32,000 nucleotides of DNA from Okeania sp. (GTDB lineage Bacteria > Cyanobacteriota > Cyanobacteriia > Cyanobacteriales > Microcoleaceae), in assembly GCF_035285525.1 (NCBI RefSeq), contig NZ_JAYKGW010000090.1:1-32000 (forward strand). The letters run 5' to 3'. Shown in pieces: positions 23,307 to 32,000 of the stretch. The number at the start of each line of letters is the position of its first letter. The stretch's first letter is position 1. A program made the translations under genes and the position numbers. Below the pieces are notes generated by a model. The model was not told the origin of the DNA. It searched no databases and saw nothing but the letters and a program-made list of their open reading frames with translations.

Positions 23307-24233
23307 ATGAAATCTCCTATTAGCAGTAGTCAAATCAAAGAAAAAACTTTAGAAATAGGATTTCATAAAGTGGGAATAGCTTCAGCTAATGAATTTGGGT
23401 CAGAAATAAATAGATGGCAAAGTTGGTTGCATAAAGGTTATCAAGCAGACCTGGAGTGGATGGCCAGCTCCAAACGTCAAAATTTAAAGGGGGTCATGCC
23501 AGAGGTACAGTCTATTATTTGTGTAGCCCTCAACTATTATACACCACATAAACACTCTGAAGATAGTGAAATTGGTAAAATTTCTCGCTATGGTTGGGGT
23601 AGAGATTATCACAAAGTGATGCAAAAAAAGTTAAAAGCTTTGGCACACTGGTTACAAGAGCAAGGTAAAGAGATTTTAACCCGCTATTATGTAGATACTG
23701 GCCCTATTATGGAAAAAGCATTGGCGCAGCAAGCTGGATTAGGTTGGATCGGGAAAAATGCTAATGTGATTACTAGAGAATATGGTTCATGGGTATTTTT
23801 AGGAGAGATACTGACGAACCTGGAGTTGACAAGCGATCGCTCCCATACTGAACATTGTGGTAGTTGTACTCGTTGTTTGGAAGCTTGTCCAACTAATGCC
23901 ATTGTAGAACCTTTTGTTGTTAATGCAAATCTTTGTATTGCTTATCATACGATTGAAAATAGAAATTCAGACTTGCCAGAACATATTAAGTCAAATTTAA
24001 AAGGGTGGGTGGCAGGTTGTGATATTTGCCAAGATGTTTGTCCTTGGAATCAAAGATTTGCTCAAGAGACAGATGTTAATGATTTTCAGCCATATCCTCA
24101 TAATTTAGCACCTCAGTTAACAAAATTAGCGAAAATATCAGAAGAAGATTGGAATAAGCAATTTACCGCTTCTGCACTACGACGTATTAAACCGGAAATG
24201 CTGCAAAGAAATGCTCGTGCTAATCTTGAATAA
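23307..24233 (+). CDS. queG: Epoxyqueuosine reductase
   Basis: 308 aa. KISRYGWGRDYH, two 4Fe-4S motifs (CGSCTRCLEACPTNAI and CDICQDVCPWN) and a C-terminal HEAT-like end fit QueG. Confidence 0.9.
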   Translation: MKSPISSSQIKEKTLEIGFHKVGIASANEFGSEINRWQSWLHKGYQADLEWMASSKRQNLKGVMPEVQSIICVALNYYTPHKHSEDSEIGKISRYGWGRDYHKVMQKKLKALAHWLQEQGKEILTRYYVDTGPIMEKALAQQAGLGWIGKNANVITREYGSWVFLGEILTNLELTSDRSHTEHCGSCTRCLEACPTNAIVEPFVVNANLCIAYHTIENRNSDLPEHIKSNLKGWVAGCDICQDVCPWNQRFAQETDVNDFQPYPHNLAPQLTKLAKISEEDWNKQFTASALRRIKPEMLQRNARANLE

Positions 24234-24419
24234 GTATTAATTAGGGTTTAGGGAGTAGGTAGGGACTTATGCAACGTCCGTACAAAGTCAAGAGGGATAG
24301 AAGTTATAGAATAATTGTATCTTAATTTTTCTGTTCTAGTGAGCCTTTTGTGCTAATATGTCTGAACTTTTTTGACCTAAAAATGCTAAAAGCTTTATCT
24401 GTCATCCGAGTACCTCTTC

Positions 24420-24739
24420 TATAGAACCCCTAAGCGGATCTATAAAATTAGCTGTGGAGTAGGTGAGTATGGGAGTAGGGGAGATCAGGAAATGGTGCAT
24501 AATGGGGGTACTTTTATACTTTTTTTCCTATTCTCTAACTTAATCTCGTAACTCCTGTCTCCTGAGTCCTGAATCCTGACTCCTGTCTCCTAATCCTCAC
24601 TAAGGAAATGGTGCATAATGGGGGTACTTTTATACTTTTTTTCCTATTCTCTAACTTAATCTCGTAACTCCTGTTTCCTGATTCCTGAGTCCTGTCTCCT
24701 AATCCTTACTTTTGCAAAGATACGCTTAGGGGTTCTATA
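24420..24739. mobile_element. MITE-like element with perfect 17-bp TIRs (TATAGAACCCCTAAGCG) and an internal 116-bp tandem duplication
   Basis: The TIRs are at 24420-24436 and 24723-24739. AGGAAATGGTGCATAATGGGGGTACTTTTATAC...TCCTGAnTCCTGAn restarts at 24487 and 24603. Confidence 0.75.
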
Positions 24740-24751
24740 ACAACTCCCTTC

Positions 24752-24804
24752 AACTTTTAACTTTTAACTTTTAACTTTTAACTATTCCCTACTCCCTACT
24801 CCTT
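24752..24804. repeat. STRR-like heptamer arrays (AACTTTT x4, then CCCTACT x2) directly upstream of the HAD gene
   Basis: AACTTTTAACTTTTAACTTTTAACTTTTAACTATTCCCTACTCCCTACTCCTTC ends 3 nt before the ATG at 24808. Confidence 0.85.
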
Positions 24805-24807
24805 CTA

Positions 24808-25437
24808 ATGATAAAAACAATTATTTTTGATTTTGATGGTACATTAGCAGATACTTTCGAGCTAATTTTTGCTATTACAAATCGTCTATCAATTGAATTT
24901 GGATATAAACAAACAAAGAAAGAAGAAATCAAAAAAATTGAAAAATTAAGTCCTATAGAACTTATTAAAGAGTCAGGAATCTCTCTGTTTAAAGTACCTT
25001 TTTTGCTGAGAAAAATCAGAACAGAGTTTCAAAAAGAAATTAATAATGTGAGATTATTTTCTGGAATTAAAGAAGTTTTAATTTCACTTAAACTTGAAGG
25101 TTATACAATAGGGATAGTTACTTCTAATGCTCTAGATAATGTAGAACTTGTTTTACAAAAATATGATTTGTTAATTTTTGATTTTATAGTTTCCAGTAAA
25201 ACACTTTTTAGTAAACATAGAGCTATTGAAAAATACTCTAAATCTGAGAATATTCAGCCAGAAGAAATAGTTTATGTTGGAGATGAAACTAGAGATATTA
25301 ATTCTGCAAAAAAAGCTAAAGTTAAGGCAATAGCTGTGACTTGGGGTTTTAATTCTAGAGAAGCTTTATCAGAATATAAACCAGATGCTTTGGTTGATGA
25401 ACCTCAAGAATTAATTGAAGTAATTAATAAACTATAG
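24808..25437 (+). CDS. HAD-superfamily phosphatase (phosphoglycolate phosphatase-like)
   Basis: 209 aa. It has motif I (FDFDGTLADT), motif II (IVTSN) and motifs III/IV (K...VGDETRDI). The substrate is unknown. Confidence 0.8.
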   Translation: MIKTIIFDFDGTLADTFELIFAITNRLSIEFGYKQTKKEEIKKIEKLSPIELIKESGISLFKVPFLLRKIRTEFQKEINNVRLFSGIKEVLISLKLEGYTIGIVTSNALDNVELVLQKYDLLIFDFIVSSKTLFSKHRAIEKYSKSENIQPEEIVYVGDETRDINSAKKAKVKAIAVTWGFNSREALSEYKPDALVDEPQELIEVINKL

Positions 25438-25451
25438 CAATCTTATTTTAA

Positions 25452-25495
25452 GGGAGTAGGAAGTAGGGAGTAGGGATTAGTTAAAAGTCAAGAGT
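25452..25495. repeat. Inverted copy of the heptamer arm found upstream of the HAD gene
   Basis: The reverse complement, CTTGACTTTTAACTAATCCCTACTCCCTACTTCCTACTCCC, aligns with 24770-24804. A similar GGGAGTAGG...AAAGTCAAGAG is also at 24250-24296. Confidence 0.75.
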
Positions 25496-25900
25496 TGGAG
25501 AGAGTTATAAAGGAGGTACAAGGTTTCCGAGAAATCAGAAAAATTTTCTCTTACATTTTTTTTTGCCTCTATCTTGCTTGCCTAAATACTAACTTTTTTA
25601 CCTTTAAGGAGCGAAAATATGGCACTTTTTATACACCTAAAAATAATAAAATATTTATCTATAAATACTTTTAAATTTAATCAGTAAGCCTTATTTAGGA
25701 TTGCTATAGTAAGTAGAAATTTTTGAGTAAAAAACATTTACTACTAAAAGTTAGGAAGTAGTAAATACTGGTAAATGATTCTAAATTTTTAAATGCTAGA
25801 GCGCTATTCACAAGACAGTCGAATCTGGAACATTTTGTCAAATTTCTGATACCAATTCCTCAAAATAATGGTATACTTTTTCGGAGCTTTAGTTATTAAT

Positions 25901-25990
25901 AGGACTGACGCATAAACCATAGATATAGTGCTTAAAACTATAGCGCTATAGTTTTTTGACTCTATAGGTAGTACCTTTGCGTAAGTCCTG
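25901..25990. mobile_element. MITE-like element, CAGGACTTACGC family
   Basis: AGGACTGACGCATAAACCATAGATATAGTGCTTAAAACTATAGCGCTATAG...GTACCTTTGCGTAAGTCCTG. Confidence 0.75.
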
Positions 25991-26145
25991 ATTAAGTAAT
26001 AGAGCGTTTCTCAAGTTCTTGAAGTACAGTTGTTTTTATCTGCCTTACCAAAAAATGAGGGTATGTGTCTCCTCTTTTAAGGGGATGAAAAAATATTTAA
26101 CTCAGTATTTCAAGCCTGCAACTTTAGTCGGAGGTTCACTGTCTA

Positions 26146-26176
26146 CTGATAACTGATAACTGATAACTAATAACTG
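26146..26176. repeat. CTGATAA heptamer array (STRR-like)
   Basis: CTGATAACTGATAACTGATAACTAATAACTG. The same heptamer abuts the rsmH start codon. Confidence 0.85.
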
Positions 26177-26258
26177 TCCATTTCTCTACTTCTTGCTCCT
26201 TTTTATGACACTAATTCCCCTGAATAATGGTATACTTTGTCTATGCTTTAGTTATTAA

Positions 26259-26333
26259 CAGGACTTAGGCATAACCATAGATATAGTGCTATAGTTTTTT
26301 AAATCTATATGTAGTACCTTTGCGTAAATCCTG
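26259..26333. mobile_element. MITE-like element, CAGGACTTACGC family (shorter copy)
   Basis: CAGGACTTAGGCATAACCATAGATATAGTGCTATAG...GTACCTTTGCGTAAATCCTG. Confidence 0.7.
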
Positions 26334-26562
26334 ATTAAGTAATACCATTTCTGAAAAGCTTTTCTATGCTTTATTGAGTAGGGAAGTGGGGGAAAGTAAA
26401 AACAAGAATAATTCACATTATTCATAGCCAAAATTAGGAAAAAAGTCAAAGAGCGAGTGCTAATTAATGAATAACTGAAGTGTTACTCAAGTATAGCATG
26501 AATTATGGGAATTGTTATAATACAGCGTTTCTCAAGTTATGGAGGTACAGTTGTTTTTATAC

Positions 26563-26597
26563 TCCCCTACTCCCTACTCCCTACTCCCTACTCCCTA
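26563..26597. repeat. CTCCCTA heptamer array (x5) just upstream of the M16 gene start
   Basis: TCCCCTACTCCCTACTCCCTACTCCCTACTCCCTA ends 8 nt before the ATG at 26606. Confidence 0.85.
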
Positions 26598-26605
26598 TTT
26601 TCCCA

Positions 26606-27850
26606 ATGATTAATCAAACAAAAATAAATCGAACAGTTTTAAATAATGGCATAGTTGTAATTACAACAGAAAATATGGTTGCTGATATTGTATCAGCCAA
26701 AATATTCTTGCGAATAGGTAGTCGTTATGAAGCGAAAAAACAATCAGGAATTTCCCATTTATTAGCAGCAGTTTTGACAAAAGGAACAGACAAATTATCG
26801 TCTTTAGAAATTGCTCAGAAAATTGAATCAGTAGGAGCAAGATTAGGAAGTGATACAACAGCAGATTATTTTTTAGTAAGTATAAAAACTGTATCAGCAG
26901 ACTTTGATGATATCTTTCACTTATCAGGAGAAATAATCAGATATCCCTCCTTTCCAGAAACAGAAATTGAATTAGAAAAAAGGATAACTATTCAAAGTAT
27001 TCGTTCTCAAAAAGAACAACCTTTTACGGTAGCATTCTCTCAATTACGAGAAATGATGTATCAAAACCATCCTTATGCTTTATCAACTTTAGGTAGAGAA
27101 AATACAGTATCTAAAATCACCCGCCAAGACATTCAAGAATTTCATCAAACTTACTTCCGTCCAGATAATATAGTCATATCTATAGTAGGGAAAATTAGTA
27201 ACGAAAAAGCTATTTCTTTAGTTGAAGAAATATATGGAGATTGGCAACCACCAACTACACCTTTACCAAGTTTAAATTTACCAACAATAACTCCTCAACC
27301 TTTCATAGCAAAAAAATACCAAGAAACTCAACAATCTATTATTATGCTTGGCTATTTAGCAGCAAATGTTAGTAGTTCTGACTATGCTCCTCTAAAATTA
27401 CTTAATACTTATTTGGGAAATGGTTTATCAAGTCGTTTATTTGTAGAATTAAGAGAAAAAAAAGGTTTAGCTTATGATGTTTCTGCATTTTATCCTACCC
27501 GTTTCCATATCTCAAACTTTACAGTTTATATAGGTACAGCAGCAGAAAATACAGCCCTCGCTGAAGCAGGATTAAAAACAGAAGTAGAACGTTTAGTTAA
27601 TTATTTGCTTAGTGAAGAAGAGTTAGAAATTTGTAAAAATAAATTATTAGGTCAATATGCTTTGGGTAAACAAACAAATTCACAAATTGCTCAAATTTTA
27701 GGATGGTATGAAGTCTTAAATTTAGGAATATATTTTGATAGTAAGTTCCAGGAAAATTTGGCAATGGTAACGAGTGTTGAAGCACAACAAGTTGCTAATA
27801 AGTATTTTATAGAACCTTATATTTCAATTGTCGGACCAGAGATCAAGTGA
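26606..27850 (+). CDS. M16 (pitrilysin/insulinase) family peptidase homolog, predicted non-catalytic
   Basis: The track ORF starts at GTG 26480 but reads through heptamer repeats. I place the start at ATG 26606 (MINQTKINRTVLNNGI). The zinc-motif position reads GISHLLAAVLTKGT rather than HxxEH. Confidence 0.8.
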   Translation: MINQTKINRTVLNNGIVVITTENMVADIVSAKIFLRIGSRYEAKKQSGISHLLAAVLTKGTDKLSSLEIAQKIESVGARLGSDTTADYFLVSIKTVSADFDDIFHLSGEIIRYPSFPETEIELEKRITIQSIRSQKEQPFTVAFSQLREMMYQNHPYALSTLGRENTVSKITRQDIQEFHQTYFRPDNIVISIVGKISNEKAISLVEEIYGDWQPPTTPLPSLNLPTITPQPFIAKKYQETQQSIIMLGYLAANVSSSDYAPLKLLNTYLGNGLSSRLFVELREKKGLAYDVSAFYPTRFHISNFTVYIGTAAENTALAEAGLKTEVERLVNYLLSEEELEICKNKLLGQYALGKQTNSQIAQILGWYEVLNLGIYFDSKFQENLAMVTSVEAQQVANKYFIEPYISIVGPEIK

Positions 27851-27978
27851 TTAGTAATATCAAGTTTGATGGTTTTTTGTTATACTTTATGGGTTGTGGA
27901 GTAGTTCGGACTGAAGAAAAAAAAGCCTAGTAGAGACAGGTTTAAGCAAAGACTTCCGTGGTTAACTCAAATTTAACT

Positions 27979-28100
27979 AAACCCGCCCCCAATGATGTAA
28001 TGCAATATTTTTCATCAACAGTAGGGGCGGGTTTATCTAATTTCTAGATGCTCGTTAACTTAACTGAGAAACCCACCCCTACCTATCCATTACCCACATC
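27979..28100. mobile_element. MITE-like element(s) with AAACCCGCCCC/GGGGCGGGTTT inverted ends
   Basis: AAACCCGCCCC (27979-27989) pairs with GGGGCGGGTTT (28024-28034). TAGGGGCGGGTTT then pairs with AAACCCACCCCTA (28069-28081), followed by CCTATCCATTACCCAC as at 18858. Confidence 0.6.
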
Positions 28101-28497
28101 TTCATCTAATATAAAACTTGACAAAATAGATAAATTGTGTTATTTTAAATGATTTGCTTTTTAGCTAGAAACAAAGTATATCAAATTACATTTTTTCGAT
28201 AAATCAAGTAATTTTACTCAGCTACTATCATTCTTTTTCCTTTCTCCCCTGTTCCCTGCTATCCTTATTGGCACAAGGATTTCAAGACTTATGGGTAGAC
28301 CATATCTTTTAGGGAAAAGTAATGATCCATTGTCCATTATCCATTATTCATTAATGAACCTTACCCCTATAAGTCCCACCCTCTCCATACTGCTTTTTTC
28401 AGATTTTAGCCATGAATTTTGTACTTTAGTAACAAACTTAGTCAAACGTGTTACACTTATAGACGTAATTATATAACTTAATATTAAGAAAATCTGT

Positions 28498-29472
28498 GTG
28501 CCTAAATCAGAACGTAAAATTCTATTAGATTTTGAAAAGCCTCTGGCAGAATTAGAAGACCGGATAAATCAGATTCGTGAACTAGCCAAAGATTGCAATA
28601 ATGTAGATGTTTCTGACCAAATTCATCAACTAGAAGCAAAAGCAACTCAACTACGTCAAGAAATTTTTAGTAGTCTTTCCCCTGTCCAAAAACTACAATT
28701 GGCCCGCCATCCCAGACGACCAAGCACTCTTGATTATATCCAAGCCATCTGTGATGAGTGGATAGAACTGCATGGCGATCGCGGCGGTAGTGACGACCCA
28801 GCAATAGTAGGAGGATTAGCAAGAATAAATGGCCAACCTGTAGTAATTATTGGTCATCAAAAAGGACGAGATACCAAAGATAATGTAGCTCGTAATTTTG
28901 GTATGGCCTCAGCAGGAGGATATCGAAAATCAATTAGATTTATGGAACATGGCAATCGTTTTGGAATGCCAATCATAACATTTATTGATACCCCTGGTGC
29001 ATGGCCAGGTATAGAAGCTGAAAAATTAGGACAAGGAGAGGCGATCGCCTATAATCTACGAGAAATGTTCCATCTAGATGTACCAATAATTTGTACAGTA
29101 ATTGGAGAAGGTGGTTCAGGTGGAGCATTAGGTGTGGGAGTAGGCGATCGGCTGCTGATGCTAGAGCATTCTATATATACAGTTGCTAGTCCTGAAGCTT
29201 GTGCAGCTATTCTGTGGAAAGATGCTAGCAAAGCTCCTCAAGCAGCAGAAGCTTTGAAGATAACTTCCTGGGATTTAAAAAATGTAGGAATTATTGATGA
29301 TGTAGTTCTAGAACCAAACGGTGGCGCTCATGCTAACCCCCTGCAAGCAGCAGAGAATCTGAAAAAGGCCATAATGATAAATCTAGATGAATTAAGTAAA
29401 CTAAGTGGGCAACAACGTCGAAAACAGCGTTATCAAAAATTCCGTTCTATAGGAGTATTTGTGGAAACATGA
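28498..29472 (+). CDS. accA: Acetyl-CoA carboxylase carboxyltransferase subunit alpha
   Basis: 324 aa from a GTG start. [34 protein letters not shown] and [10 protein letters not shown] are AccA signatures. Confidence 0.93.
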   Translation: MPKSERKILLDFEKPLAELEDRINQIRELAKDCNNVDVSDQIHQLEAKATQLRQEIFSSLSPVQKLQLARHPRRPSTLDYIQAICDEWIELHGDRGGSDDPAIVGGLARINGQPVVIIGHQKGRDTKDNVARNFGMASAGGYRKSIRFMEHGNRFGMPIITFIDTPGAWPGIEAEKLGQGEAIAYNLREMFHLDVPIICTVIGEGGSGGALGVGVGDRLLMLEHSIYTVASPEACAAILWKDASKAPQAAEALKITSWDLKNVGIIDDVVLEPNGGAHANPLQAAENLKKAIMINLDELSKLSGQQRRKQRYQKFRSIGVFVET

Positions 29473-30062
29473 AATATCATAGATCGCAATTATACAGTGT
29501 GAATAGGAATAGATTATCTTTGATAATTCTGTGTAGAGGAAGTTTTAATTCCAGGAGGATGTTACTATTACTTAATAGTAGTTAATTAACCTAAAAATTG
29601 TATCTTAAATTTTGTCCTTCTGGTGCAATATTTTTGTTACGTTTTGCTACAAAAAATTATGTTATAATTTCAGTGAATCTAGTACCAAGTTATTTATGAT
29701 TTTGTTAATTCCCTCTTTTTAGAATTAAAAAACTAATGGGGATCAATTTTAAACAACTTGACTATGATAAAATTTTCAATATAGTTGCACAGTAAATTAT
29801 CAATGCTTTCCTGATACCAACTCAAACAGAAATTTACCTGATTTTATAGTTATTGACGAATTGTGAAAATAAATTTCTCCTTGGTATCAAACTTACAGTA
29901 GAGAAATTGGTAAATTCTCATAATTATAGTTCATTGCTAATTAATAACTAAAATTGATTACCTCCAATCAGTAAAGAATTAAAGCTCTTAGCTAAATGGC
30001 CTAGCAAAAGTTAGGTCAGGATATAACCTGCTTTTTTGAAATCTTTTCCGGATCTACTAAAT

Positions 30063-30794
30063 ATGACTCAAACTTTTTCTAACGGTTCCAATCCTAGCAA
30101 AACACTTAGTCTCAATGGTCTGAAGACTGCTAGTACAAATGGAAATGGTAAAATTGCCTATAGACCTGACCGTAACTCCTCATCCAATGGTCATTCAATA
30201 GTGCAACAACCTCCTGCTGAAGAGAGCAACGAGGAAATGATTGCAGCAGTAAGAACAATGCTACTTTCAGTAGGAGAAGATCCTGAGCGAGAAGGATTGC
30301 TCAAAACTCCGAAGCGAGTAGCAGAAGCAATGCGGTTCCTGACAGGTGGTTACAATCAATCCCTAGAAGAAATTGTGAATGGTGCTATCTTTGATGAAGG
30401 TCATAACGAAATGGTTTTAGTTAGAGATATTAATCTGTTTAGTCTTTGTGAACATCATATGCTACCCTTCATGGGAAAAGCTCATGTAGCCTATATTCCT
30501 AATCAAAAAGTAGTTGGATTAAGCAAACTAGCTCGCATTGTGGAAATGTATTCTCGTAGATTACAAGTTCAGGAACGGCTAAATCGTCAAATTGCTGAAG
30601 CAATCCAAACAGTATTAGAACCAAAGGGTGTAGCAGTTGTGATTGAAGCTACTCATATGTGCATGGTAATGCGGGGGGTACAAAAACCTGGTTCTTGGAC
30701 TGTCACCAGTGCAATGGTTGGTGTTTTTGAAGAAGATCAGAAAGTTAGAGAGGAATACTTCAATTTAATTCGCCATCAACCCTCATTCTTTTAA
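30063..30794 (+). CDS. folE: GTP cyclohydrolase I
   Basis: [32 protein letters not shown] and RLQVQERL are present. The track ORF begins at TTG 30036. I prefer the first ATG at 30063 (MTQTFSNGS). Confidence 0.9.
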   Translation: MTQTFSNGSNPSKTLSLNGLKTASTNGNGKIAYRPDRNSSSNGHSIVQQPPAEESNEEMIAAVRTMLLSVGEDPEREGLLKTPKRVAEAMRFLTGGYNQSLEEIVNGAIFDEGHNEMVLVRDINLFSLCEHHMLPFMGKAHVAYIPNQKVVGLSKLARIVEMYSRRLQVQERLNRQIAEAIQTVLEPKGVAVVIEATHMCMVMRGVQKPGSWTVTSAMVGVFEEDQKVREEYFNLIRHQPSFF

Positions 30795-30804
30795 TAGCTA
30801 TTAG

Positions 30805-30922
30805 TAGGGTGCGTTAGCGGTAGCGTAACGCACCAATACCCTATATAGAGTTTTGGTGCGTTATAAAGTGCGCTTTTCATTTGAATAAACGATAGTAGGG
30901 ACGTTCCATCCAACGTCCCTAC
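30805..30922. repeat. Two palindromic elements downstream of folE
   Basis: TAGGGTGCGTTAGCGGTAGCGTAACGCACCAATACCCTATA is at 30805-30845. The 10-bp-stem hairpin GTAGGGACGT-TCCATCCA-ACGTCCCTAC is at 30895-30922. Confidence 0.7.
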
Positions 30923-30978
30923 TGGATTATCATTTTTTGAGCGTGGTTTATTGACCTGAAAACTGCTTTAAGCTACAT

Positions 30979-31134
30979 AGGACTTACGCATTAACGCTAT
31001 CCGTAGGGTGCGTTTTCCGCGCTGGAGCGGACATGGAAAGCGAAGCATTCCGTCAGGAAAACGCTACGCGATATGAAAAGCCTATCTCGTAACGCATCGG
31101 TACTCCATATCTAGTGCCTCCCGTGTAAGTCCTG
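30979..31134. mobile_element. MITE-like element, CAGGACTTACGC family (long variant)
   Basis: AGGACTTACGCATTAACGCTATCCGTAGGGTGCG...CTAGTGCCTCCCGTGTAAGTCCTG. The core is related to 6231-6320 but carries extra internal sequence. Confidence 0.65.
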
Positions 31135-31150
31135 CGACATTTACTAATTT

Positions 31151-31254
31151 AGGACTTACACGGGAGGAACCCGGTTTCTAAGATAAATTGTTGTTTTGAG
31201 CAATAGATATCTAGGCTCGTGCCGGGTTTCTGGGTTCACACGGCTTTAGTCCTG
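31151..31254. mobile_element. MITE-like element with AGGACTTACACGG / CGGCTTTAGTCCTG ends
   Basis: It lies 16 bp from the previous copy. An internal inverted repeat pairs GGGAGGAACCCGGTTTCT with AGGCTCGTGCCGGGTTTCTGGG. Confidence 0.55.
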
Positions 31255-31465
31255 TAATTAATAAATTCCGACTCCTGAGTTCTTTTTAGTAACTTTTGTT
31301 ATTTTTTCCCTTCTTTTCTATAACTATAAACGGCAAAAGGAAAAAAAATAGAGTGAGAAAGTACAAAGTTTTTCATCAACTAATTATCCGGATTTGATTA
31401 TGAAAGGCTGAGATTTAAACTAAATAACTGAAACCAAAAAATATACACATCAAGAGATTTCTGAT

Positions 31466-32000
31466 ATGGCTAAACCAATCAAATTTGGAACAGATGGCTG
31501 GCGCGGTGTTATAGCTGATGATTTTACTTTTGAAAGAGTTGCTTTAGTAGCTCCTATTGCGGCTAGAATTTTAGAGAAAAATTATGCAGATTCTACTAAT
31601 AATAGTAAAACAATAATTGTCGGCTATGACCGTCGCTTTATGGCTGAAGAATTTGCTCAAGTAGCTGCGGAAGCTATTCAAAATGCAGGATTTGATGTTT
31701 TATTAACCGATGCTTACGCTCCTACTCCTGCTTTTAGTTTGGCAGCATTTCAAAAACAGGCTCTGGGGGCTATTGTGATGACTGCTAGTCATAATCCAGG
31801 AAAATATTTAGGATTAAAAGTTAAGGGCGCTTTTGGTGGTTCGGTACCTCCCGAAATAACTAAACAAATAGAAAGTTTATTAACAGTTGAAACTGAAAAA
31901 GATGGGGTAGAAAAAGGTAAAAGAGAAACTTTTAATCCTTGGCCGAGTTATTGCGAAACTCTGCAAAAAATGGTAGAGATTGAGAAGATTAAGTCGGCTA
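31466..32000 (+). CDS. Phosphoglucomutase/phosphomannomutase family protein, 5' part, truncated by the window edge
   Basis: It is not in the ORF track because it has no stop in the window. My translation from ATG 31466 is MAKPIKFGTDGWRGVIADDFTFERV...IVGYDRRFMAEEF...GAIVMTASHNPGKYLGLKVKG. It contains the GxDGxRG and TASHNP active-site motifs and stays open to position 32000. Confidence 0.85.
   Translation, partial: MAKPIKFGTDGWRGVIADDFTFERVALVAPIAARILEKNYADSTNNSKTIIVGYDRRFMAEEFAQVAAEAIQNAGFDVLLTDAYAPTPAFSLAAFQKQALGAIVMTASHNPGKYLGLKVKGAFGGSVPPEITKQIESLLTVETEKDGVEKGKRETFNPWPSYCETLQKMVEIEKIKSA

Noticed and set aside
26255-26449. ORF 26255-26449 (-) and ORF 28291-28476 (+)
   Set aside because: The first spans a MITE and the 178-bp insertion. 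The second lies in the accA upstream region with no RBS and has an implausible composition.
26480-26605. 5' extension of the M16 ORF from GTG 26480
   Set aside because: The extra 42 codons read through a duplicated repeat segment and the CTCCCTA heptamer array (YTPLLPTPYSLLPIFP). The ATG at 26606 gives a normal M16 N-terminus.
2607-29231. Other short antisense ORFs in the track: 2607-2807, 5195-5398, 6907-7110, 16101-16325, 16449-16670, 17560-17790, 21881-22075, 23687-23902, 26661-26858 and 29049-29231
   Set aside because: Each lies wholly inside, and opposite to, a long gene with clear family motifs. None has independent support.
30036-30062. TTG start for folE at 30036
   Set aside because: An in-frame ATG lies 9 codons downstream (30063). 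The TTG extension adds nothing conserved. The choice remains uncertain without start-site data.

Overview
AT-rich chromosomal segment that looks like a filamentous, probably heterocyst-forming (Nostocales-type) cyanobacterium. Evidence: an ndhH gene, repeated GCGATCGC (HIP1) sites, and many STRR-like heptamer arrays. I cannot name the species. Housekeeping genes recognisable from their translated motifs are an LptF/LptG-family permease, a YdeP/FdhF-like molybdopterin oxidoreductase, ndhH, rsmH, a receiver-GAF-PP2C phosphatase with an RsbW-type kinase, queG, a HAD phosphatase, an M16 peptidase homolog, accA, folE and the 5' part of a phosphohexomutase. Nearly every intergenic region is packed with MITE-like elements, palindromic hairpins and tandem or heptamer repeats. 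The most unusual region is about 5.5-14.4 kb. It holds two tandem paralogous cassettes (6500-8404 and 8573-11800) encoding proteins with a shared ~95-aa N-terminal helical module and long arrays of near-identical 34-aa HEAT-like repeats. Gene 1 keeps only the post-NTPase part of a NACHT-like module, and gene 2 has none of it. An orphan 3-TM protein and a doubly inactivated small gene follow. I read this as an NTPase-less derivative of a STAND (NACHT-HEAT) sensor family, either a diversifying system or a decaying one. All calls come from reading the sequence and the ORF track. No searches were run, so family assignments need HMM or BLAST confirmation.
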